A stretch of DNA of 61,207 bases, filler included, from Aduncisulcus paluster (lineage: Eukaryota), in the NCBI GenBank assembly GCA_024181965.1. It is 5 parts of 5 records of this genome, joined end to end, with 100 filler letters (N's around TTAATTAATTAA, not from the genome) between each part and the next. Parts side by side here need not be neighbours in the genome. Positions count along the whole stretch, not along the records: positions 25,772 to 44,617 come from BQXS01010978.1; 4 more parts are not named here. One strand, 5' to 3'. Positions 32,752 through 44,080 of this stretch are shown piece after piece. Each line of letters starts with the position of its first letter. Positions within the stretch are counted from its first letter, which is position 1. The translations under genes were made by a program, and so were the position numbers. Under the pieces are notes generated by a model, which was not told the origin of the DNA, did not search any database, and saw only the letters and a program-made list of their open reading frames with translations.

Positions 32752-33970
32752 TTATAGCTCTTCTTTATGACCAAAAAACAAAGGAAATGAAGCCTTGATG
32801 GGTGCTTCCTCGAGCACCCCTTCTTCGACAAGCTTCTGCACCGTTGGCCACATCTTTAGATCCGTACGGAGCCATGTACCCTCCGACCTCGAGGAGAATG
32901 GAAGGGAAACTCCCCTCTTTAAGAACATCACTAAGTCTTTGGGGAGGCCCAATTCCCTCCATCTCATCCAGTATTTGCCTATGCATCCTGGACTCCAAGG
33001 GGCGAGGAGGTGTGGGGTTAGCCCCGATCTCCCGAAATCGGGGTCTTCCTGTGTAATATTGTGGACGCAGCCCAACTCAACCGTGTTACGAAATACTAAA
33101 CCATCTTGTAGCAGAATCTCGTCCACCAAACTCAAATCCTCTTTAAGGGCCAGACCAATTGGCCAGAGTTCCCTTGACGCTTCTTTGTGGCGAGTCACCT
33201 ACAAGGTTGTAGATGGCTCCCAGGATGACGTAGTTGTCAGATATCCAGCCACGTTCAAAGAGGCGGGCCTCTTTCTCCAGAATCATGGCAGCAGTACCAT
33301 CTTTGTCTTTAACTCGAGTCTCGTCTATCATAGCAATTTCGAAAATGCTGCTATCTCTTCTTCTTGCGGATTCGGGCCAGTTGGCCAGAGTAGCCTTTAT
33401 GCAGAGATGTCGCACTCGACCACTCACGGAAACGCCATCGACAAAAACAGAAAGTGGGCACCATAACCATGATTTTTCCCAGAGAGCCTTGTCCCAAACC
33501 GTCAAAGTCTTTTTGGGTGAATCCAAAATGGCCTTATTTCCACTAATAATCGTCGAGTGGCAGTCCCGCACAACGTCATCACCTTGCATCAGTCGACTTA
33601 CTAGAAACGAGCATCGAGATGCAGAATCGAATTCACCTATTGTAATCAAACCTTTCAGAAGCGAGATCATAACCGCAGAAATCAGGGAGCCCTGTATTTC
33701 TTTTCCTCTCTTCTCTGATGTGGTTGGGTTCATGAAGAGGGGTTGCAGCTTTTCGGCTAGTAGTTGCATCTTCTGGATTCTTCTCGATATTGGGTATGAA
33801 ACCACCTCCACAATCGTGCTTTCTCTCTCAATCGCCTTTTCTCTTCTTCTCTCAATCTCCTTCTGCTTCCTGTCAATCTCTCTCTGATCCACCTTCTCAT
33901 CTCTCTTTCGTACCAGTCTCTTCCTTCTCTTCGTTCTATCATCATCTCCATCTCTCATCATCCCTATCAA
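32752..33970 (-). mobile_element. DIRS/Ngaro-like retroelement fragment: ORF1 overlapping the RT N-terminus, truncated
   Basis: WRELG..FLKRGVSLPF..VQKLVEEGVLEE...FPLFF resembles the pre-RT/RT1 region of tyrosine-recombinase retrotransposons; overlapping upstream ORF. Confidence 0.6.
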
Positions 33971-34025
33971 GGATTATCTTCAACTTCTTCTGATATTAGA
34001 GGACACACACACATATATATATATA

Positions 34026-34436
34026 TCAAACGAATTTGACAAGCCCCAAGGAATGATCCCTTTCAGCCCCTTTTCCTCCAACAATTTGGAGATATATTCC
34101 ACAAATGTCAGAAATTGGGGAAGCAGAATCACGTGTATGCCGAAAAACGTCCATAAATAGAAGCAATGGAATGGTGAGTTCCGTTTTCCAATAGTGGGCT
34201 TTGATTGTTAATGAAGAAGATCTGAGGATTAGATCTGGCTCCATATTGTGAAGCAGACTATCTAACACTGCTTGGAGTGATATGAGGGCTCCAACCTCCC
34301 TCCACCAGAATATACACTTGTGACAGTGGTTGTCACCTCTCGGAGGCTTGATAATAGGCTTCGAGTCAAGCCGATAATAAGACCGAACACTCCCCAAGGA
34401 TTTAATCCCCGTGAAATGTTTCAATATCAAACTCAA
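34026..34436 (-). mobile_element. CMC/EnSpm-like transposase fragment (first catalytic Asp region)
   Basis: IPLLLFMDVFRHTR..SDICGIYLQI; ends at (CA)/(TA) microsatellite ~34003-34026. Confidence 0.5.
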
Positions 34437-34674
34437 TTGAATTTTTGTGCGACGGTAGCCAATGAAAAGATTTTATGTTCCAAGCTTACTGTGTTTGTAT
34501 GGAATCGAAGGTCTTCTCCTTAAGAATGGATGTCTTTTGGTATTTTTACCATCGGCCAGCCACATTTTAAAAGATTTAAATCATTGTATGACTCCAATTC
34601 GACCCCATTAAGTGTTAAATTGCCATCTTCTGCAAATGAAAGTATTCTTTGTGAGGATTGAACATCTGTGTGTT

Positions 34675-35942
34675 TCAATTTTCTTTCTTTTTCTTTGCCA
34701 ATACTGTCGAAAGAACCAATTGTGAACAGCTCTTCGTTTCAATTCTTTCAATGTAATTTCCTCTAAAATTACAATTATTATCAAACAATGACTTCGGAAC
34801 CCGGTGACTTGATTCCATAATTGCGGCATCATGAGTACAGGGAAGGTCATATCTATGATATTCCTCAAGCAAATGACTGTCTTGGGAATGCATCAGAACA
34901 GTGTATTTGTCTAGCCTCCGCCGAAAAAGTTTGTTTCTTTCGATTACCAGATTCTGAGCAATCTTCATCTGATCAAAAGAAACAATATGATGACCACAGT
35001 ATGACATTATAACTCCCGTTTCCCCAAGTAACTTCAAATCTTCCTTGTGTGAAACAAGCTATGATCCTGCACCATAATTCAACAACATAAATCAAATGAG
35101 GTGGAGATGTGTTAAGAAACGAGAAAAGTCCTGTACTCGCCATCCTTTCGAGTTTCTAAATGGTTTGAATGAGCCAGTGTGAGGTTTTAAGAGTTCACAG
35201 GTGATATCGAAATAATTAGAAATTCCAACAGACACTATTACAAAGGTCAAGCATGCATTTTTCAATCGATTGAACCACTCTGTCTCCTTGTCGTTTTTCT
35301 TCGGAGTGTAGATGATCAGTTGGAAGATCTTTAAATATCTTGAATGAACTGGATAAAGTGACAATAAGTTTAGGCGGCCCTTTGTGTCCTGATCTTTCAA
35401 CTAAGATGATACATACTCCGAGGAATCCCAGACGATACTCTCAAAACACCATGATTTCCGCTAATTTTAACTGTAAATTTGCAACATGGGAAATTTCTAG
35501 TTGGAGAAAGTGTGTTTGTACACAGGTTTCTCTGTAAGCAATCGCAGATGAGAGCATCTGTAAGCAATCGCAGATGAGAGCAAACACTTCGCACCTGATC
35601 TATCTCTTCCACCAGCTCGAATCTTCTTTTCTCCTTCTTTCCTTCCTTTTCTTCTTCCTTCTCCTTTTCTTCTTCCTTCTCCTTTTCTCCTTCCTTCTCC
35701 TTTCTTCCTTCCTTCTTCTTCTCCTTTTCTCCTTCATACTTTTTTTGGTAATCAGAAACGAGGACCTTGACAGGATCATCAAGGTCCTCAAAAAGTGGAT
35801 TTGTAGAAAACGGGTAATTTTTTACAATAGATGATTTAAACAAAACACCAAAACGCTTACATACTAATTCTTTTTTGATATCGCCCTGTACATGGGTCCC
35901 GATAATAAACTTAACAGCTCTCCTTCGATTCTTCTCTGACAT
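34675..35942 (-). mobile_element. Degenerate CMC/EnSpm-like transposase (middle and C-terminal parts)
   Basis: CDCLQRN...NFPCCKFTV (D..CxxC-like), KYTVLMH, MESSHRVPK..NFRG (E-x-x-H..K..NF); frameshifts, 26-bp duplication and purine-rich insert. Confidence 0.55.
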
Positions 35943-36269
35943 TGTGCAAGGAAAAAAGGAAAAAAAGAAGGAACAAGGTTCAAAAAGGAAGGAAAGAAGG
36001 AAAGAAGGAAGGAATTAAGGAAGAAAGGAAGTAAGATACGTTATCAAAGTTTTTATTGTATATTATGAATTTATATTTTTATTATAGTTTAGATGAACAC
36101 GATTGGAAATCAGTGTCACTACTGCTACTTTGAATTGAGTCCTCTTCATTTCCATTCAAATATTTGTTTAGAATTCGAAAACTTTGTAGCGGGTTCTTAT
36201 CTGATTGTTTAAGAATTTTCCGGTCTCCTTTTCTTAGTCTGGTCGTTTCTAACAACCATTCTTCTACTT

Positions 36270-36620
36270 CTCTTTCCTTCCTTTTGTTAGTGTCTCAGTT
36301 TCATATATTCTTGACCCTTTTGGTCCATATCCTCTTTTTCTCTGCACTGCGTGTGGATCCTTGGCCATTTCATCTAAAAAATACAAATTCGTATATCGTA
36401 AGCCCCCTCCGAGGGGATATAGAGTCTATAATGTTGTTTTACCGTGTCTCCTTATGATTTTATGGCTGGGATCGAAATCTGTTTTGCCAGCACGCTCATA
36501 AGCTTCCGACTAAATCCCTCCCGTTTTAGCATATTTGATATAGTATTTATTCCTATATCAATTTTGAAATGTGTTATGATAAAGATTTGGGCTTCCTCAA
36601 GCGTTATCGAGGGATTTACC
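36270..36620 (-). mobile_element. IS630/Tc1-superfamily transposase fragment, copy A
   Basis: High nucleotide identity with ~39535-39815; LYFLDE..DPH..RKRGYGPKGSR. Confidence 0.75.
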
Positions 36621-37857
36621 ATATATTCCGAACATAATAAGAAATTGACGTGGCTGAAACATCCATGGATTCATCTGGAATTGTTCAACAAACTTCTATA
36701 AGTGTGATACTTGTGGATTTGTTTTGCTCCCACTGGCAAGGCGGTTGTCTGATGTTTTCTGATTATTTCAATGGGTATCTCGGGAGATAGATGTGAAACT
36801 TTCCTCCTGATTCGATCCCTCACTATTTCTTCTAAAATGGCACCTATAAGGAACCCATCGTCAGACATTACCTTTCTTACTGTTGTTTTGTGTCTTTGTA
36901 TTAAGAGCATACTCACTAAATCGTCGTCTTCTTCGTCTTTTTCGGGACTTTCTGCTTCTTTTTGTGTCGTTTTCATTTCTCCCCCCTTTAACGCACACAA
37001 TGCATCCCTTTCAATGTGACGAGAGAGCTGTCAGATCGGTTATAATAAAGGATTTGCCGAGGTAGATGGTGTTGGATTTGGCCTTGTCGAAGGTAAAAAT
37101 AGATAAACTGGAATTCTCAGAATTTAAAAATTTTGTTGACAAAACGCCATTGATCAAAAAAAAATCTTCAAGGATCCCATCTTCATTGGTTATTTGGGTC
37201 CTTATCTTTATATTGCCATCCGGCAAGATCTGCCCGTTCTACAACTTCTTTTACCTTCTTAACCAGAGGGGAGGTAATGAATTTCGTTCCTGAGTGATTG
37301 AGAATATCACCTAACTGTTGTATGACTAATAAGGCCTCCCAATAGTGATCTCCTTTGTGATATAAAAACGAGATAGCTGCATGGGTTATTGCTATAAGAG
37401 CATGTGTTTTCGTCTCATGGATGCGATAGATATTAACATCTATAAAAATTGTTTCAGACCAAGCAAATGAGCATTATGCTAGATTGGCTTTCCTCGCTTC
37501 TAAAGAACTTGACAACGAACAACGGGATCACTCAAGAACTTCTCAAGGACCCTCTTCAACAGGCCTCCAGCCTTGAAAAGGTTCTTTTGTCGATTAAAAT
37601 TGTTTCAGAAAAGAAATTCTAAATATTCTCGTCCTAATATCAAACTTTATACAACCCTAAACAGTTTTTCGGACAGGGTGCGGAAAAGAGTTAAAAAATC
37701 GCAATCTTTTTGTAAATCAATATAACATACTAGCATTTTTTTGGCCCAATACATCCTATCGATATCAACACCTTTCTGAGTAGCAAAGGCTTTTATGACA
37801 GCCACCCACCCCCCAGCCCCTATTGCCATCATTTGACTCTCAAACTTCGCGACTTGA

Positions 37858-38060
37858 TCAAGCCGAATCTGCCTTGCCTGTCTTGCAACTTGTTTTCGCG
37901 TTCCTTACCACGCAAATCCCGTCCATGAACAGTTGGATACCCACGCACCACACTCTCCTGGGATTCATCAACTTGCGCATTTCGTCCATTTTCCTTTCGA
38001 GTTCATGTGCATAACTGTGTTCTCCACGGACGAACATGTTCCCATGCAGGCTTCTTGTTG
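37858..38060 (-). mobile_element. CMC-like transposase fragment
   Basis: VGIQLFMDGICVVRNAKTS. Confidence 0.4.
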
Positions 38061-38238
38061 AGAGAGGGGCAAGTAGACAAAACAATCTCCTACTTACATT
38101 TGCACTGGAAGATCGGCAAGAAAAGATACTTCCAAGGCACATTTGTCGATAGTTATGGTCAATTATAATCTGTTGTAATGGGGTCACTATCCTTTTCAAC
38201 ATCAGAATAGATATCTACCCATCACTCCAAACAGTTCG

Positions 38239-38350
38239 GTGTGCAGTATAGACTGTACTACCATCGACTGTTTCCCTATTGCAACCCCTCAAATGGGCTA
38301 TAGATACCTCGCATGGTATCTCAACATCAATGAAAGCATTGAGGGATGAA
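38239..38350 (+). mobile_element. Non-LTR RT fragment (domain 7), duplicated artefactually after the gap
   Basis: YRYLAWYLN resembles the YxYLG motif. Confidence 0.3.
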
Positions 38351-39156
38351 AGTTTTTGAAAGAATGTTGGTGTTTCGTAAAATATTTGTTAGAAATTAAG
38401 TGTCTTAATAAACTAGTCATTGGAAAATACACAATTTTTGTTGTGGGAGTGGGTAGGCTTTTTGTTGAGAGAGGGGCAACTCATCGATATATTTTCTAAG
38501 GTACCGTGCTCTCACGNNNNNNNNNNNNNNNNNNNNGTGTGCAGTATAGACTGTACTACCATCGACTGTTTCCCTATTGCAACCCCTCAAATGGGCTATA
38601 GATACCTCGCATGGTATCTCAACATCAATGAAAGCATTGAGGGATGAAAGTTTTTGAAAGAATGTTGGTGTTTCGTAAAATATTTGTTAGAAATTAAGTG
38701 TCTTAATAAACTAGTCATTGGAAAATACACAATTTTTGTTGTGGGAGTGGGTAGGCTTTTTGTTGAGAGAGGGGCAACTCATCGATATATTTTCTAAGGT
38801 ACCGTGCTCTCACGAGGTTAAGGGTGTTCTCGTGCCGTAACCCCTAGCATCGACTTTCTGTCGTAGCTCATGTCATCATAAGTCGAGGACATCACTATAC
38901 CTCTCGAGCGGTTTTAAATGATCGAACCTGATAGATCTCATATTTGCTCGGACAGGAGTCGAGACCGTCCTCCTTCATTGCATGGCGCATTTCAGCCAGG
39001 GATTCTTTGGTGAAGGGGAGTGAGGAGATGATGAGATGGGTCAAGAACCGTTTTAAATGACCCATACTATCGGTTTATTTGGCCTCAGGCACTATTAGAA
39101 TCTTAAATAAAACACGTTTAAAGGATGAAAACATGAAAGATGACGGTTTTCTGGTT

Positions 39157-39530
39157 TTAGAGTTCTGTCTTGTTTGGTTTTCTCATGACATTTTTCTGAA
39201 TGATCTTGACTTCATCATTAACGAGGTTCCGCAGTTGTGCTCTCTTGAACACTTGATCGTGTGAGACAACCTGGTACGGACCGAGCATCTTGGATACTAA
39301 CGTTGATATCTCATGCTTCATTTTCCAGTTGTCTTCCAACGACTTCACCAATTCGTTCACAAATTGGCTTCCTCCATCTGACCGAATTTGACCTGGTGTT
39401 ACCGTAATGCAATTTATTGTGAACGAAACGGAATAAACGGTCTAAAAATAGAACTGAGAGTAAAACGATAAAGCTGAATGATACACCATAACACCTGGAA
39501 CTCCAAAATATCGGATCCAGTTCATTATCA
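39157..39530 (-). mobile_element. Ty3/gypsy integrase fragments with internal deletions
   Basis: WIRYFGVP; IRSDGGSQFVNELVK; LGPYQVV (GPY/F). Confidence 0.7.
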
Positions 39531-40106
39531 GAGGTCCATATCCTCTTTTTCTCTGCACTGCGTGCGGATCCTTGGCCGTTTCATCTAAAAAATACAAATT
39601 CGTATATCGTAAGCCCCCTCTATAATGTTGTTTTACAGTGTCTCCATATGATTTTATGGCTGGGATCGAAATCTGTTTTGCCAGCATGCTCATAAGCTTC
39701 CGACTAAATCCCTCCCGTTTTAGCATATTTGATATAGTGCTTATTCCTATACCAATTTCGAAATGTGTTTTTATAAAGATTTGGGCCTCCTCAAGCGTTA
39801 TCGAGGGATTTACCCATAAAACATGGCTAAAAAAGTGCATCCTCTGTTTCAAAGACAATTTTGGCTTCTTTCCTCTGCTTTCTTTGTCGGATTTTTTGGC
39901 AGATTCTTGATCTGTCATGATTTGGACATCCATCGTTGAATTGTCCGTTCCGAACGGCCCATCGTACGCATTACATCATCTCGACTGCATTTCTGAAGGA
40001 TTATGCGTCTTACTATACCCATAATGGCGAGTTTTTTGAAGTGGTGCTTATCTAGGGGGTTATCCTTAGTTAACATTGAAAAGCCACTAATTTGATCACT
40101 TTCCAT
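39531..40106 (-). mobile_element. IS630/Tc1-superfamily transposase N-terminal half, copy B (frameshift ~39920)
   Basis: HTH GRSERTIQRW; NPSITLEE..IGISTISNMLKREGFSRK; LYFLDET..RGYGP. Confidence 0.8.
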
Positions 40107-40769
40107 TATTATCTTGATATATTATAAGAATAAAAAGATGGTTCCATAAGAAATTTGATTTTTTATTTTTATTTTTATTCGCTCTCATTTCACCCCTATG
40201 TTGTGAATAAACGACATTTCCAAAAAATATCCGTTATAGGAAGTATGAAAGGAACTGGAGAAAAAACTTCTGAAAGGGAAGGCAGGGTTTTGGTCACGCC
40301 AAACGCATCCATGATACTGATAGCTCTAATATCTGTCTATTACAATGCAGCTGTTGCCCCTTTTCCACTGTTGAATCTCCCAACCAATCCAGGCTGTAAG
40401 AAGTCATTCATTGGCACAACTTCATATTCTCTGAGGAGGTTCCCAATGCCATCCGCTTCTACTTCAATGGGATAGCAGTTTCGATTCACAACTCCTAGGA
40501 TCACAAAAACGGATCTAGTGGTATTGTATCTCTCTATGACTCCCTTATCTGGCACTAACATTACCAGATCTACATCGTGCATTCTTGCATCACACATCAG
40601 GAATTCGAGATTCGAACTGGAGCTTTACTTCACAGCTATCTCAACGTTGCCGACAGATTACAAAATCAGTTGAACACAAATTAGTTTCTGTTTATTTTAA
40701 CTGGTTTAAGATTCAAAAGCTGGGAAATGTTGAAGAAAGTGAATATTCTCTATTATCAGGAGAAGAGAG

Positions 40770-40915
40770 GAGAAAGGCAAGAGTTACGAAATGTTCTTCC
40801 GGTGCGGGCTTTCACATGATGGTCTCTACAAACTCCACGTTGGCCGAACTGCTGCGGGCCCTTGTGATGGGTGATCTTAAACCATTTGCCAATGCTCACT
40901 TAACAGCCATTCCCC
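40770..40915 (+). mobile_element. Non-LTR (CRE/NeSL-like) RT domain 0-1 fragment
   Basis: SSGAG..LAELLRALVMG..PFANAHLTAIP. Confidence 0.4.
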
Positions 40916-41574
40916 ATAGGGAATATGCACATGACCACTTGATGGCATTGGGATGATTAGGTTGGAGTATTTCAATTCCTGCAAACCCTCTTTACTCTTA
41001 TTCGCCGTCAAGATCGGCCCAATCTCGTCATCGAGTTCTGATTTATCGCACTCCAGATTACTTTTGTCCCAACTATAGAAATCACATTCTTCCCAATCTT
41101 CCGGGATATATTTATCAGTCTTAATTGGTTATGTCAGGTCTATCAAACCAACATTTGAAGCAGTTTCCGAACCAATTATTACTTTATGTATGGCTTCTGA
41201 TTTAATGGCCAGCAAAATAAAATCTGCCCAGAATTCAATTTGCTTATCCATCGCTCCAACCACTATTTCTGAAGAGTCAGGCAATAGTGGACCTTCGATA
41301 CCCAATGATTCTCTTTGTGAGCCAGTCGTTTCATTATTCCTATTTTCTCGAAATCAGTTTTGATCTGGTATATTTTCCTTTGGTTTCGGAAGTTCGTCGA
41401 TGATCTCAACAAAGCTTGGATCGGATAAATATGCTGAACTATGAAGCTTAAATTACAATTTTGTGGGTTCAGTCTTTCAGATTCACCGATAAATTCACCT
41501 CTTTCCCTCATTCCTCTTAAGACGAGCTTAATATACAATATATGTCTATATTATAATGAATATCTCCTATCATT

Positions 41575-41645
41575 GTGTTTTGGCCGTCAAAGTTCGCTCA
41601 AGGCCCGTTTGAAACAATTAGGTTTCTGGGGGTCGCGCTAGAATC
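41575..41645 (+). mobile_element. RT fragment (DIRS-like)
   Basis: K..GPFETIRFLGV. Confidence 0.35.
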
Positions 41646-42059
41646 GTGCACCCCCGGATACCATATATATGAGAGGGGGGGTATTGGTAAGCCCTCCCTC
41701 AAGGATGATGTATCTCCATGGTTTCTTAGGCTAGAGAGCCCAGAATTTCGGTGGATATTCTGTATGGAGTGGAGGGCTATTTTTGTCACCAATATCGGTG
41801 TGAGAGGGAGGGGATCGGTGTCAAAATTTTCTGGGCTTGGGGTGATGTGGATGGCCTACCATGCACGGAGAGGCCAGTAAACTATCCAGAGATACATATT
41901 TGGGGCAGCAACGGTCTTTGAAGGCATCAAATTGGGGTGACAGTATCATATCATATGATGTTATGACAGACTATGGAGTCAGGAAGAGGGAGTGGAAGGA
42001 GGTCCAGATGCACAAAGTCATGCAGGATGGTGATGATAACATCGATATGGAGGGTAAAT

Positions 42060-43230
42060 AGACAATTGTTTTAACACCAACTCGATTTCCTTCCTTTGAT
42101 CTACAGAACTTCGATAACCACGAATATCCTTTACACCAACACTCAGATGCATAGATTCCATTCCATCACGCCCTACTATCATTGGAACATCTTTCTGCAA
42201 CCCTGGAGAAAGCCAAAATGTAATAAAACCACGAGTCGTTGTTGTTTGATTCCTCTTTCTTCCATCACCACGACAAACAGCAATTTTCAACACCACGTAA
42301 TGTACATGTTATTTTACCACCACCAAAGACAGTAAACACCAAAGGTTTATCAGCCTTGCGTATCATATCACCAAAAAGCTTCTTTTGTTTGCAAACAGGC
42401 AGTTCACTAGTTTTCATACCCACAGAGTATCCACAGTGATCTAACCATGAAGTACTATTCAAAGAAATGTCAGCACCAGTGTCAAAAAGACATTTCACTT
42501 TCCGAGTTCCTGTCTTGAAACAATAAACTGTTACAGTCACCACTCCAGCTTTAGAATCGTCACCAGTATCCATCGTCATGCATTTACAGCCTTTTCTAGC
42601 TGTAAGAGCCATTATATGAGCATTCACTGTGTCCAAATTGAAATCTCGAACACTGTCAGCCTTCAAGGGAGCCACAGGCTTATAATCCACCGGTCCAGTA
42701 CAGCCAGGTTTCCAATTAGACTCCATGAGAGGTTTAGAAGCATTAAAAGGAGTTTTTCCAGCCAAGATTTCCACAGGAATCTGCTCTAACACCGTACCAC
42801 CAGCTCCTTTTTCCAATCTCAACGCTTCCAATTGTTCACCAACACCAGGGATGTTACTGAGATCTTCTATCTCTTTTCTGACTTCTTTACCAATTGTTAA
42901 GTCATCTATGTCGTCCACCCAAGGTCCACCACCTTCTCTTGGATCTTGGTATTGCGTCACGTCACGTTCCAATGGACACAATCTTTTTGGGATTGTTACA
43001 CCATCAATAGCTTCCGAATAAAGCACCATACGACGTCTTTTATCACCATCAGCGTCATTTTCTTTTCCACCCTCCACGGTTGTGTCACCAACAACGGCTT
43101 TATCTTTCACCATCACCATTACACCACGTTCACGTTCAGGTTCATCAGCAGTCTTCTCAGCATTTACCGTTTCATGTAAATACATATTAAAAGCACGTCT
43201 ATATGCTTCTATCCACCATTGGTCTGACAG
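42060..43230 (-). mobile_element. Ty3/gypsy gag-protease fragment (frameshift ~42290)
   Basis: Aspartyl protease CLFDTGADISL and downstream MIVGRDGM. Confidence 0.75.
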
Positions 43231-43360
43231 TAGAGTCTTGGTGAGAATGGCCAGTATATGAAGAAGTTCGAGCTGATGAAACATGATCAGACTGGACATC
43301 CGTTTGGCGATGAAGTGAAGACGAGCCACTTGGCTGGCCAGTAGATGAAGGAGTTCGAGC

Positions 43361-43468
43361 TGTTATAACGTTGCAAATTTATTGAAACAAACAAACACAC
43401 CGAAGCTAAAAATAGCAACATGAGAAATAAAATAAAATCATATAAAAAATACCTAAAATATCATAACA
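43361..43468 (-). mobile_element. Solo LTR (108 bp) with 5-bp TSD CGAGC
   Basis: TGTTAT...ATAACA termini; CGAGC at 43356-43360 and 43469-43473; AATAAA on minus; homologous to the LTR at 44081. Confidence 0.85.
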
Positions 43469-43473
43469 CGAGC

Positions 43474-43900
43474 TGATGAAACATGGTCAGACTGGACGTC
43501 AGTTCGGCGAGATCTGACGATAGGTGGTGTCGGTGTTGGAGTTGAAGTTGAACTGACGGATTCAGATGGATTCGTTCCAGAATAAGTATCTAGTCTTCCA
43601 GGAGTGTGAAACGGATGGGTATGGGAGACAACACTTCGGTGATTCGACATGAACGTTCTCATGGAATCACCCATGCTGCTTTCATCCCTACGAGTCGTAG
43701 CGCCTTTGAAAGTGAGTTTGTGTGACCTATTTGCTGAGAGATATTTGGTAGCATTATTGAAGCCGAAGATGTCATTGCCACATGAGCAGGTGAATTTTGC
43801 AATTACAATACGTGTTGGGACACATCGGGTTCTGAAGGCGTGACGGGAGAAGTTAGTCATTCCCATCCACTCTTTCCTACAAGAACATGTAATAATGTCC
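43474..43900 (-). mobile_element. Zn-finger N-terminal fragment, probably of a non-LTR retrotransposon ORF
   Basis: TCSCRKEW..FSRH and FTCSCG..; Ser/Pro linker continuing across the solo LTR into ~43240-43360. Confidence 0.35.
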
Positions 43901-44080
43901 GTTGGTGTTATGATCCCAAGGTATCATTCTCAGAGATTCTATTTTTAGACATCAACCGGTGTTTTTCTTTATTGAGTAAATTTGTTCCAAGTGTTTCCTA
44001 AGAACACATCATTGGTAGTCGAAAAGGATTTTTGTTCCTTGCCATGGTGATCAAAATCGAGCTCCTTGATTTCTAACCAT

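Noticed and set aside
34675-35037. KDZ/Zisupton transposase (ETG..C.H, YDLPC)
   Set aside because: Flanking motifs (ESSH..K..NF, D..PCxx) fit CMC/EnSpm better; an HMM search would settle it
43270-43510. Repeated CTGATGA suggesting hammerhead ribozymes
   Set aside because: No GAAA after a stem II and no stem III; explained by a minus-strand coding repeat (TDVQSDHVSSAR)
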